From an uncultured Puniceicoccaceae bacterium (GTDB lineage Bacteria > Verrucomicrobiota > Verrucomicrobiia > Opitutales > Oceanipulchritudinaceae): a DNA stretch of 51,473 nucleotides. Position numbers and translations under genes: made by a program. The DNA lies in contig CAZVQJ010000001.1 of assembly GCA_964629165.1 (NCBI GenBank), forward strand, positions 1 to 51,473, read 5' to 3'. Numbering within the stretch: position 1 is the first letter of the stretch; each line of letters opens with the position of its first letter. Positions 28,045 to 36,985 of the stretch are shown in pieces. Below the pieces are notes generated by a model. The model had not been told where the DNA came from. It searched no databases and was given only the letters and a program-made list of their open reading frames with translations.

Positions 28045-30159
28045 ATGAGTGCGAGCAACAAACTATTTAATGTCATCCTCATCGGTGCGCTTGGGCTGGT
28101 CGGTGTCTTCGCCAGCCTTTTCCTGCTTCTGGGCTCGGATCGCGCGGTCTCCGCACTCTACGAAACCGGGATGGAACGCCTTGAGGCAGGTGATCACGTG
28201 CAGGCGAAGCGCGCCTTCGAGCGCGCTCTCGACCGCAGTGACAACAAGGCACCGGCCGCGTTCCAGCTCGCCCTCCTGACCGCGCGCGAGGATCCCCCGG
28301 CGGCCATGCGCTATGTGCGTCTGGCAATGGACGAAGGTCGCCCGACAGGAACGATGTATGCGCAGATGGTCCGCCTCGCGGTGCGTGGCGATGAGCTGGA
28401 TCTGGCGACGGCGCTCCTCGACAGGCTTCAGCACACCGACCCTTCACACGATGAGCTGCTCACATTGCGGGGATTGCTGGCGGTCAAGCGGAACCAGTTC
28501 CCCGAAGCGATCAGCATATTCGAGGAAATCTACAGCACCGGGGGTGCCTCTTCCGAAGTGACGCTGATCCTCGGGCAACTTCTTTCGAGAAGTTCGACCA
28601 CGATCGACCGGACCCGGGCAAAAGTCATTCTCATGGAGACGGCAAGAGACGACAACGATCACGCGAAGAACGCACTCCTCTACATCGTTGGTTCCGGGAC
28701 CGTGCAGATGGAAGCGCGGGATTGGACGACTCTGATGCAAATTGGCGCGGAACGGGATTTTCTCACCTGGGCCCCGGTTCGGGACAACCTGCCGTTGCTC
28801 CGGCGTCTGATGCTCATCGCGGGCATGCACTACCGGGAACTCGCGGGTGAGATTGCGGAAGTGCGGGCGGCCCATCCGGATGCGGATGCGGTGGATTTTC
28901 TCGATGCCGCAGCGATGGCTCAGAAGAACCGCGCGCTGCGTCGTGCGGAGGCCTATCTGGAAATGGTTCCGGAGGCGGAGCAGGATTCTCTTCGGGCCCG
29001 CATTGTGCGCGCCCACCAGATTATCCTTGAAGGCCGACCAGGGGTCGGCGTTCCGATCCTCGAGGAGGCCAACGAAGAGGCGCCGGAGGATCTTTCCATT
29101 CTGGCGATGTTGCGCGACCTCGCGAAGATGCCCGAGGGAATCCTCACGGTACGGGAACAGATAACGATCCTCGAGATGATCACCCATCATCCTTATGCGA
29201 CCCTCCATGATCAGCTGTCCAGTTACCGGCTCCTCATCGGGGTGCGCCCACTGCAATCCCGGCGAATTCTCGAGGAAGTGCGGGATCGGCTCGGTGAGGC
29301 CGCGCCCGGTCCGGTTGGACAATGGTTCCTCGACCAGGAAGAGCCGGAGTTCACGCTGGAAGTGGTGCCTCCCGAAAAGGCGCGTACAAACGGTAACTTC
29401 TTCGAGCTTCGCCTTCTGGCCCTCCTCAGTGCCGGTCGAATTGAGGAGGCCGAGGAGATGGTCGCGAACCGGCCTGCCGCGATTCCGTCCTCGCTCGTTG
29501 TGGTCGCGCGCCTGCGCGTGGCGATGGCGCGGGAAGACGATGTACTGGCCCGGGAACTCTGGGCTGAAGCGGTTGAACTTTCAGACCGCGCCGGATCCCA
29601 GCAAGGTCTCCCGATCCTTGCCCGGATGGCCCTGCGATTCGATGCGGAAGACCTCGCCCTCGAAGGATTTGATCGCGCCTATGCCCGCGGGGCGCAGATG
29701 TCCGAGCAGGACTGGTCTGACTACACCCGCCTGGCGGGGGCGAACCGCTCCCTTGAGCGACAGTTACGGGTGGCACAGGCTGCCCGATTGGCGTATCCGG
29801 AGAATGCGGACTTTATCAACAATGCCGCTTACCTCGAGCTGCTCGCAGGCCTGAATGTCCGGGAAAATCTTCAGCGCATGGAGCGCATCGTCGAGGGCCA
29901 CCCCGAGGAAGATGGCTACCGGGTGACACTCGCCCTCGCCTATCTGCGCAGTAACCGGCCATCGCTGGCCGTGCGTACGGTGGAGCGGGTGGATCTGGAC
30001 TGGTCTCCGGCGGGTGCCTCGGCGCAGGCCATCTACATCGCTTCGCTGGCCGAAGGCAATCAGCGCCCCATGGCAGAAAACTTCGTGAAGAATGTAGACA
30101 CCTCGTCGCTCCTGAACGAGGAGTACCAACTCATTCAATCGCTGCTGAATCGTCAATGA
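28045..30159 (+). CDS. membrane-anchored TPR-repeat protein (PrsT-like, exosortase-locus associated)
   Basis: N-terminal TM helix LFNVILIGALGLVGVFASLFLLL, followed by ~650 aa of helical-repeat sequence with TPR-like A/L/Y spacing. Ends 14 nt upstream of the exosortase gene. Confidence 0.8.
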   Translation: MSASNKLFNVILIGALGLVGVFASLFLLLGSDRAVSALYETGMERLEAGDHVQAKRAFERALDRSDNKAPAAFQLALLTAREDPPAAMRYVRLAMDEGRPTGTMYAQMVRLAVRGDELDLATALLDRLQHTDPSHDELLTLRGLLAVKRNQFPEAISIFEEIYSTGGASSEVTLILGQLLSRSSTTIDRTRAKVILMETARDDNDHAKNALLYIVGSGTVQMEARDWTTLMQIGAERDFLTWAPVRDNLPLLRRLMLIAGMHYRELAGEIAEVRAAHPDADAVDFLDAAAMAQKNRALRRAEAYLEMVPEAEQDSLRARIVRAHQIILEGRPGVGVPILEEANEEAPEDLSILAMLRDLAKMPEGILTVREQITILEMITHHPYATLHDQLSSYRLLIGVRPLQSRRILEEVRDRLGEAAPGPVGQWFLDQEEPEFTLEVVPPEKARTNGNFFELRLLALLSAGRIEEAEEMVANRPAAIPSSLVVVARLRVAMAREDDVLARELWAEAVELSDRAGSQQGLPILARMALRFDAEDLALEGFDRAYARGAQMSEQDWSDYTRLAGANRSLERQLRVAQAARLAYPENADFINNAAYLELLAGLNVRENLQRMERIVEGHPEEDGYRVTLALAYLRSNRPSLAVRTVERVDLDWSPAGASAQAIYIASLAEGNQRPMAENFVKNVDTSSLLNEEYQLIQSLLNRQ

Positions 30160-30172
30160 GTGACCGCCCGAC

Positions 30173-31975
30173 ATGAGCCGAAAATCGAACCCTTTCATAC
30201 CGTGGAAGTCTTCCGTGGTGGCGGATGAGTCGCTCGGGCGCGACATGCCAATGGCCGCGGCTGCAGGGCGAGCCGGAGGAGGCGGGGGACATGCTGTGGA
30301 ATGGTGGTGGATTCCTGCGCTGGCGATGCTCGCGGGAGCCTTTCTCTGGCAGGCGCATTTCTTCTGGGGTGCGGAAAGTTACTACAATTACGGTTTTGCG
30401 GTCCCGCTGCTCGCCGGGATCTTGATCTACTGGAGGTTTCGCGACGCCCCGCCGGCGTCGCCCGATCCCGCTCGCCAGAGGGTAGGCGTGATCTGGATCA
30501 TCGCGCTCATCGTCTGTGCCATCCCTTTTCGGATGCTGGCGGAGATCAATCCCTTCTGGCGGGTTCCGATCCTCGCCCACGGGCTCATTCTCGTGGGGAT
30601 CGGTTGCCTCGTCTTCTGGATCCGCGGGGGTGTCAGCGTGATGCGCCACTTCGCCTTCCCCGTGCTTTTTCTGCTGACGATGCTGCCGTGGCCCTACCGG
30701 ATCGAAGTGGTCGTGATCCAGGAGTTCTCGGATCAGGTCATGAAGCTGACCGAGTCGCTTCTGCTTTTTCTCGGCCATCCCGCGCGCCAGAGTGGCAGTT
30801 CGCTGCTCATCGGAGGAGACCGCATCGACGTGAACGACGCCTGCAGTGGCATCCGTTCGATTCAGACGCTGACGATGTCCGCTCTCTTTCTGGGGGAACT
30901 GTTCCGTCTCCCCGTCTTTCGTCGGGGACTTCTGCTCGTCATCACCGTGCTGCTCGTGCTCGTTTTCAACTCCGGGCGCGCGCTCGCGCTCGCGCTGATT
31001 TTCCTGCAGGACGGTCGCGACGCCTTCGAGCACTGGCACGATCAGGTGGGCCTGATTTCCTTTCTCCTCAGTCTTGGGGCTCTCTATGGTATCAGTCTCT
31101 GGCTCAAACGGGGCCATGACACCGTGGTGCCGCGCAAAACCCTGCGCTGGGGGACGGGATTGCTCAGCCCGCGCGGGGGCGTCTTCCTGTTTATTGCTGC
31201 CGTGGCGTCGCTGACGGTGTCCGAAGGCTGGTTCCGGATCAATGAGATGGGAGCGGATACGCGCCCGGGCTGGACGCTGCAATGGGAGAGGGCACCGGTT
31301 CCGGCGCACCCGCAGGAGTTTTCCCAGAGCGTTCTCGATATTCTCAACTTTGACTTCGGCGAGCAGATGTATTTGCAGCTCGATAACCGGCGCGAGGCGG
31401 ATGTATTTTTTTACGGATACACCGGTGAGGACCGAGTGAAAAGCGTCTCCACATTCGGTCATTCTCCCATCATCTGCATGGCGGCGGCAGGCATCCCCAT
31501 CGCGGCCGAACGCGCTCCGCTGAACGTGCGCAAGGGCGATCTTTCCCTGAATCTGAACCACTATGTTTTTGCGCCCTCCCACCTCTACGAGAAAGGCGAC
31601 CTCCATGCTTTCTGGCTCGTCTGGGAATCCCGCTTTTCGGGCGTTCCGGCGGAGGATCTGCTTTCCCTCAACTACGGGGTGCAGCTTCGGTTGTTGCTTG
31701 AAGGGAGGAGAGATTTCGGCCGGCAGGTCCTCCTCATCGCGATCAAAGGCACCCGCACAGCGGAGGAAGCACGCGATGAGGCGCGGCGACTCGTGACGAG
31801 CATTCTTCAACCGGAAACGGTTGCGGCCGAGCCATCACCCTCGATTGCCCGGATAAACGCGGAGCGATCGGGAGCGCGGAAAAAGGCGGTGCCGGCAACG
31901 AAGGTATCGACGCCTGCGGTCGCGCAGAGAGGCGCGGTATCGAGATCGATTCCGCCATCCACCTCGAGCCGGTAG
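30173..31975 (+). CDS. exosortase fused to an EpsI-family domain
   Basis: Polytopic N-terminal half with YNYGFAVPLL, catalytic-type DACSGIRS (Cys codon at 30842-30844), FNSGRALAL (Arg) and HWHDQVG (His). The C-terminal half has one TM helix plus an EpsI-like domain (GHSPIICMAAAG). The exact start is uncertain: ATG 30173, or Met25/27. Confidence 0.85.
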   Translation: MSRKSNPFIPWKSSVVADESLGRDMPMAAAAGRAGGGGGHAVEWWWIPALAMLAGAFLWQAHFFWGAESYYNYGFAVPLLAGILIYWRFRDAPPASPDPARQRVGVIWIIALIVCAIPFRMLAEINPFWRVPILAHGLILVGIGCLVFWIRGGVSVMRHFAFPVLFLLTMLPWPYRIEVVVIQEFSDQVMKLTESLLLFLGHPARQSGSSLLIGGDRIDVNDACSGIRSIQTLTMSALFLGELFRLPVFRRGLLLVITVLLVLVFNSGRALALALIFLQDGRDAFEHWHDQVGLISFLLSLGALYGISLWLKRGHDTVVPRKTLRWGTGLLSPRGGVFLFIAAVASLTVSEGWFRINEMGADTRPGWTLQWERAPVPAHPQEFSQSVLDILNFDFGEQMYLQLDNRREADVFFYGYTGEDRVKSVSTFGHSPIICMAAAGIPIAAERAPLNVRKGDLSLNLNHYVFAPSHLYEKGDLHAFWLVWESRFSGVPAEDLLSLNYGVQLRLLLEGRRDFGRQVLLIAIKGTRTAEEARDEARRLVTSILQPETVAAEPSPSIARINAERSGARKKAVPATKVSTPAVAQRGAVSRSIPPSTSSR

Positions 31976-32505
31976 GTGAGCGCGCGTTCCGCCCGCCAGC
32001 GGGAAAGCTCCTGCATTTTTTCGACCGTCTCCCGGATGAACGACTGTCCGCCAAATCCGGGCCAGACAGTCATGACGAGAACGAGGTCAACCTCTCCGAG
32101 AAACGGTTCGACGGCGCCTGCCTCTGTCGCCGGATTGAGGGCGATCCCCGTCCGGAGACCGTGCTTCCGAATGGCGGCGAGTGTCCTCTTGATATCGTAG
32201 TCCGGCTCGACATGAAGGGTGATGCCATTGGCTCCGGCATCGGCAAAGGCTTCAATATAGCGATCCGGTTGATCCAGCATCAGGTGGACATCGAAAAAGA
32301 GATCCCGATTCCGTTCGCGCAGCGCCTTCACGGTGGCCGGACCGAAGCTCAGATTTGGCACAAAGTGCCCGTCCATGATGTCAAGGTGCAGCCAGCATGC
32401 GTTGGTTTCCTCGACGATGCGGAGGGCGCTCGAGAGGTCGGCGTGATCACCCGCAAGGATGGAAGGGGCGAGGATGGAGGCGTTTGGTGAAGTCGGAGGG
32501 ACCAT
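31807..32505 (-). CDS. rpe: ribulose-phosphate 3-epimerase
   Basis: ILAPSILAGDHADL, HLDIMDGHFVPNLSFG, DVHLM, MTVWPGFGGQSF and VDGGI, the canonical Rpe motifs. Confidence 0.95.
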   Translation of the reverse strand: MVPPTSPNASILAPSILAGDHADLSSALRIVEETNACWLHLDIMDGHFVPNLSFGPATVKALRERNRDLFFDVHLMLDQPDRYIEAFADAGANGITLHVEPDYDIKRTLAAIRKHGLRTGIALNPATEAGAVEPFLGEVDLVLVMTVWPGFGGQSFIRETVEKMQELSRWRAERALTYRLEVDGGIDLDTAPLCATAGVDTFVAGTAFFRAPDRSAFIRAIEGDGSAATVSG

Positions 32506-32517
32506 GAATCAGTGCGA

Positions 32518-33915
32518 TCAGAGAAGGAGCCAGCTTCCGAGGCCGAGAAAGATGAAAAATCCACCGGTGTCGGTGACGGCGGTCAGGAGGATGCTCGAAC
32601 TCGCCGCAGGATCCCGGTTGATATGCCGGAGAAAGAGGGGGACAAAGGCTCCCGCAAGCCCTGCCACGAGCATGTTCAGGATCATGGCCGCGAAAACAAC
32701 CGTGGCGAGTCGGAATCGAGTCTCCATGCCCCCACTGATGGCATAGACGAAAGCCGCCGCGATGAGACCGACGGCCACCCCGTTGACCAACCCGATCATG
32801 GTTTGTCGAACGACGACCATGCGCCCTTCTCCGGGTTGGAGTTGCCCGAGGGCGAGGCTGCGAATGGCGACGGCCAGTGCCTGTTGGCCGCTGTTCCCGC
32901 CAACCCCCGCGATGATCGGCATGAGGACCGCCAGAATGGGTAGCGCACTGATCTGATCCTGGAACTGTGAAACGACAAAGGCCGCGAGAAAGGCGGTGAC
33001 GAGATTGATCAACAGCCACGGATTCCGTCTCCGGACACTGAAAAGGATCTGATCGTGGACGGACTCGTCGCTCCCGGCACCGGCCATCATGAGGATGTCC
33101 TCCGTCGCTTCCTCCTGCACGACATCCAGAATGTCGTCGTGCGTGATGATCCCGAGGAGGCGCTGCTCCCCGTCGACGACCGCGATATCGGGCAGGTTCA
33201 GCTCCGCCATCAGCTGGGCGACTTCTTCCTGGTCCATTTCGGGAGGAACGACTCCGCGGATGTCGCTTTGCATGATATCGCGGATCCGGTAGTGAGGTTT
33301 CGCCTGGATCAGCTTGCGCAGGGAGACAGTCCCTCGGAGGCGGCTTTCCTCGTCCACCACATAGACGTAATGGAGATCGTGATGATCGTCCGCAAATTCC
33401 CGGATGAGCGAGATCGCCTCGTCGATCGTCATGTCCTCGCGGGCGAGATCGACGCTGGTGGTCATGATGCCTCCGGCGCTTTCGGGATCGTAGGCGAGGA
33501 GACTCTGGAGGTTTGCCCGGTCGGAGACGGAGAGCTTTTGCAGCAAGCGGTCGCGATCCGCCGCTGCCATCTCCGCGATGATGTCGGCCGCGTCATCCGG
33601 CTCGAATGAGTCGAGAATCCGGCCCGCTCGCTGGTGGCGGATCGCGACGAGAATCTCGGCCGCCATCTCTTCGTTCATCTCCGCGAGGATCCGCGCCACC
33701 TTATCGACCGGAACCTGACGGAGGACATCGCGCGCCTGATCTACCTCGAGACGTTCGAGGAATTGCCCCAAGGCGTAGTCGGAGGTTTCCTGAAGCCGCA
33801 GGATGTCCAGTGTCTCAAGCGTGTCCTTTGGCCAATCGAGCAACTCCTCGGGACGATAGGCATCCGATTCCGAAGGAGGTGTCTCGGCGGGCGGTTGAGC
33901 ATTTTCCTCGGCCAT
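32518..33915 (-). CDS. mgtE: magnesium transporter MgtE
   Basis: MgtE_N helical domain, tandem CBS domains, and a C-terminal 5-TM domain with PIIAGVGGNSGQQ and LLTAVTDTGGFFIFLGL. Confidence 0.95.
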   Translation of the reverse strand: MAEENAQPPAETPPSESDAYRPEELLDWPKDTLETLDILRLQETSDYALGQFLERLEVDQARDVLRQVPVDKVARILAEMNEEMAAEILVAIRHQRAGRILDSFEPDDAADIIAEMAAADRDRLLQKLSVSDRANLQSLLAYDPESAGGIMTTSVDLAREDMTIDEAISLIREFADDHHDLHYVYVVDEESRLRGTVSLRKLIQAKPHYRIRDIMQSDIRGVVPPEMDQEEVAQLMAELNLPDIAVVDGEQRLLGIITHDDILDVVQEEATEDILMMAGAGSDESVHDQILFSVRRRNPWLLINLVTAFLAAFVVSQFQDQISALPILAVLMPIIAGVGGNSGQQALAVAIRSLALGQLQPGEGRMVVVRQTMIGLVNGVAVGLIAAAFVYAISGGMETRFRLATVVFAAMILNMLVAGLAGAFVPLFLRHINRDPAASSSILLTAVTDTGGFFIFLGLGSWLLL

Positions 33916-34078
33916 GTCGGGGACGTGTTGCGGGATTTTTTGCGGTCAGCGGCAGCGATCCATCCGTTTCCTACTGCGTCTCACAACCGCCCCCTGCGCA
34001 ACTCCGAAAAGGGATTCAAGACCGGCGTGGGTGGTTTCGTCTGACGCCGAACGGGGGGAGCCGGTCGAGGCATGCCGG

Positions 34079-34741
34079 TCAGAGGTCGGCGTAGTGTCGT
34101 GCGGCCTTCACCTGACAGAGCGTGGCTTCGGGATAGATGAAGGCGGTCAGGGTGCCTCCGAAGACGCAGGCGGTATCAATACCGATCGAAAATGGCCGTC
34201 GGAAGACCGTGCGGCGGGGAGTGTGGCCGTAGATGACCGTTTCCGGGCCTTTCCAGAATTCGGCCCAGGGGCGGCCCTTGGCATGGTCGCTCCGTTTGCG
34301 CGGTCGGCCGTAGCGATCGATCACCTGGATATGGGCAACCACTTCCTCTGGTTGTTGGCTCCAATGCGGGTGGGGGAGGAACCCGCCATGGACGGCGATC
34401 GCGTTGTATTCCGGGAGCGGGATTGTCAGGGGAAACGTGCGGAAAAAGTCCACCTCGTCCGGCCCGAGCGATTTGAAGGTTTTCCAGTCTGGCTTCTTCA
34501 GGCGATAGGCACCGCCGGAGTCGACATGCCGAAGAATGCGGGCTTCGTGGTTGCCGAGCAGCGAACGGGCGCCCATTTTCCGGACGCACCGGACAACACC
34601 GGCCGAGTCGGGCCCCTTGTTGATGAGATCTCCGAGGAAGATGATCTCATCGTCGGTGCCGGGTTCCAGACGCTCGAGGAGGCGTTCGAGCTCGCGCAGA
34701 CAACCATGCACGTCTCCGATAATGATCGTTCGTCCAGCCAT
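34079..34741 (-). CDS. metallophosphoesterase (ApaH/PrpE-like Ser/Thr or diadenosine tetraphosphatase family)
   Basis: IIIGDVHGC, FLGDLINKGPDS and GNHE motifs. ATG at 34741 places GDVHG near the N-terminus. The ORF extends to 34798. Confidence 0.85.
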   Translation of the reverse strand: MAGRTIIIGDVHGCLRELERLLERLEPGTDDEIIFLGDLINKGPDSAGVVRCVRKMGARSLLGNHEARILRHVDSGGAYRLKKPDWKTFKSLGPDEVDFFRTFPLTIPLPEYNAIAVHGGFLPHPHWSQQPEEVVAHIQVIDRYGRPRKRSDHAKGRPWAEFWKGPETVIYGHTPRRTVFRRPFSIGIDTACVFGGTLTAFIYPEATLCQVKAARHYADL

Positions 34742-34812
34742 CAGTTTCCTGTTGCGCTCCGGCGCAGCGAGCAGGGTATGGTTGAACCGCTGATCCACGA
34801 ATCAATCTCAAA

Positions 34813-35322
34813 ATGGAACTGTCGATCCGACGTGTTGCGAAACAATCCTCTGTCACGGGCGAGAGCTTTGAGCCCGGCGACATCGTCGAATCCTTCCTCT
34901 TTCGCAATACGGAGGGGGACCTGGAACGGTCGGACCTGAGGCCGGAGGAATCCGCCACCTTTACGGTGCCCGAAAATCTGCTCTGTCGCTGGCGTCATCG
35001 GGTCCGGGAACTGGATGAAAGCGATGCCGCCGCCCGGCGGCAATCGCTTGCGAGTGCAGAGGAAATGTTCAACTCGCTGCTGGAAGGGATGCCCAAAGAC
35101 ACGGGTGTGGAGGGCGCCGTCGCCGCCCGGTCCCGCGAGCAGCTCGTGCTCCTCAATCTGCTGGTCCTCGTCCTCGAACGGAGGCGGGTGCTCAAAGCGG
35201 TGGGAGGAGGTGCCGGCAACTTCTGGCATGTGCGCGAGAAGCGCCCTGTGCGGGTTCCACGGGTGGAACTCGATCCTGCGGAAATTGCACCATTGCTGGT
35301 CGAACTCGACGGCCTTCTCTGA
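34813..35322 (+). CDS. hypothetical protein
   Basis: 169-aa ORF with an ATG start and coding-like composition. No competing motif-bearing ORF and no recognisable motif. Confidence 0.45.
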   Translation: MELSIRRVAKQSSVTGESFEPGDIVESFLFRNTEGDLERSDLRPEESATFTVPENLLCRWRHRVRELDESDAAARRQSLASAEEMFNSLLEGMPKDTGVEGAVAARSREQLVLLNLLVLVLERRRVLKAVGGGAGNFWHVREKRPVRVPRVELDPAEIAPLLVELDGLL

Positions 35323-35344
35323 TCACCCGTAACGGGGCGTGCCT

Positions 35345-35626
35345 CTATGAGGGGCGGGTGCCGGCTTCTTCCGGCTTCTTTTCGGCAGGGGGGCGGGGGC
35401 TGGCGGGCTTGTCCGGCTTGTTGGGATCAACGGAGTCCATCGCCTCGCGGAAATCATCCTGTACTTCCTGGGTCGCCTTCTTGAATTCCTTCATCGACTT
35501 GCCGAGGCCGCGTGCGAGTTCGGGCAACCGCTTCGCTCCGAAGAAAAGCAGAACGATGAGAAAGATGACGAGGAGTTCGGGACCTCCGACGCCTTGGATG
35601 AATCCGAGAACTGGGCTGGCGCTCAT
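35345..35626 (-). CDS. tatA: twin-arginine translocase subunit TatA/E
   Basis: [38 protein letters not shown] is the canonical TatA TM helix plus amphipathic helix. ATG at 35626. Confidence 0.9.
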   Translation of the reverse strand: MSASPVLGFIQGVGGPELLVIFLIVLLFFGAKRLPELARGLGKSMKEFKKATQEVQDDFREAMDSVDPNKPDKPASPRPPAEKKPEEAGTRPS

Positions 35627-35682
35627 GGGGAAGAAGGCTAGCCTACGCCTCTCCCCTGTAAATAGCAAATACCTGATGACCG

Positions 35683-36840
35683 ATGCGCCGTTTGTTCCTG
35701 CAGGCTCTCTTCATTTTCATCCTCGCCCTGCTGCCGATGCTGGCGCTCTGGTGGAAGTTGCGCTCCGATGAACCTGTCGCCGCGCGTGCGGAGGCCGATC
35801 GGCACATCCTGACCACCGAGGTGGTGGCTCCGCCGGTGGTGGCTCCGCCGGAACATGCCGAGGATGCCGCGTTCCCGGCGCACGGGCATGGCTGGGAAAC
35901 GCTTGTCCGGGAAGCCACCGCCGTCGATGCCGCACAGACGGCTCTCGAATCGATCGGCAGGGAACTGGAGCGACTCCCGCAAGAGGTGGCGGTTTCCCGT
36001 ATCCTTGCCTATCTCGAGAGTATGCGAAACCGGGATACCGGGCTCCGGTGGCGGATGGGCGCGGGAGGTCGGCTGGAAAGCGCGCCCACACTGCGGGTCT
36101 GGCTGATCGATTGGCTGGGAAGGCTGGATCCGGCCGCCGCGGCGGGCTTTGCCCGGGGCGCGATCACAGAACCGAAGCGATCGGCCGATGAATGGGCGCT
36201 CCATCTGCGCAATTTTGCGTGGGGTGAGGAGGCCGGAGAGCCCCCTGCCCGCCTTGCCGAGTTGACGGTTGAGTTGCTGGAACATGAGCCGTGGCGAGCC
36301 GCTCCAACCCCGGGATTTCAACACGCCTTTGATGTGCTTGTTTACGCCGAAGCGGTAGGAGAACTTCCGCGGCTGCTGGCCATGTTGCCCGGTTCCCAGC
36401 CAGGAGCCCTGCAGCATCCGGCCAATCTTGCGATCGAGAACCTCATTGTGCGGACGCCGGCGTCAGCGCTCCAGGCGTTGTCGGGATCGATCGCGACGCT
36501 GGATGAGCGTCCCCGCACCCGCGCCGGATTCTTCGCCCGGGCGCAATTGGCAGACCGGGAGCAGCGGGCTGTCGTGGAGAACTACTTTCTCGATGAACAC
36601 ATCACCGCCGCCGAACGTGATTACTTTCTGCAACTTGTGCCGAACCTGAATGTGAGCATCTCGAGGAACTTGTTGACGGAGACCACCGTTCCCACCCGGG
36701 AGAGCTATCAGGCTCAGCGTCGGGAGACCGCGTCCGTCCTGCGTGCGTGGTCAAGGGACCCCCGTTTTCGTCCATGGCGAGGAGAGATCGATGGAGCGCT
36801 CGAGCGGCTCGATCCACCGCCTGTGCGGGGAAACCAATAG
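35683..36840 (+). CDS. hypothetical N-terminally membrane-anchored protein
   Basis: [24 protein letters not shown] signal/anchor, then ~350 aa of helical-looking sequence. No known motif recognised. Confidence 0.5.
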   Translation: MRRLFLQALFIFILALLPMLALWWKLRSDEPVAARAEADRHILTTEVVAPPVVAPPEHAEDAAFPAHGHGWETLVREATAVDAAQTALESIGRELERLPQEVAVSRILAYLESMRNRDTGLRWRMGAGGRLESAPTLRVWLIDWLGRLDPAAAAGFARGAITEPKRSADEWALHLRNFAWGEEAGEPPARLAELTVELLEHEPWRAAPTPGFQHAFDVLVYAEAVGELPRLLAMLPGSQPGALQHPANLAIENLIVRTPASALQALSGSIATLDERPRTRAGFFARAQLADREQRAVVENYFLDEHITAAERDYFLQLVPNLNVSISRNLLTETTVPTRESYQAQRRETASVLRAWSRDPRFRPWRGEIDGALERLDPPPVRGNQ

Positions 36841-36985
36841 TTGCTTTTGGTTTCGCGGACGTCTCCCGACTCGTCTCCTCGTCCTGATCCGGAACCGACC
36901 ATGCCGGCGTCATTTCCGGCAAATGGGGATTTTATCGGTTTGGCGCTCAAGTCCGACTACTTCCGGTCCGATTTAACCCCCACGG

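Noticed and set aside
30131-31810. 559-aa minus-strand ORF antisense to the exosortase gene
   Set aside because: Arg/Pro/Glu/His-rich low-complexity translation with no motif. The opposite strand carries the clear exosortase Cys/Arg/His motifs and TM helices. It is a typical high-GC shadow ORF.
33916-34078. Possible Mg-sensing M-box (ykoK) riboswitch in the 163-nt leader upstream of mgtE
   Set aside because: I could not recognise the conserved M-box core or its multi-helix arrangement in the minus-strand leader, only short generic GC stems. A covariance-model (Rfam RF00380) scan would settle it.
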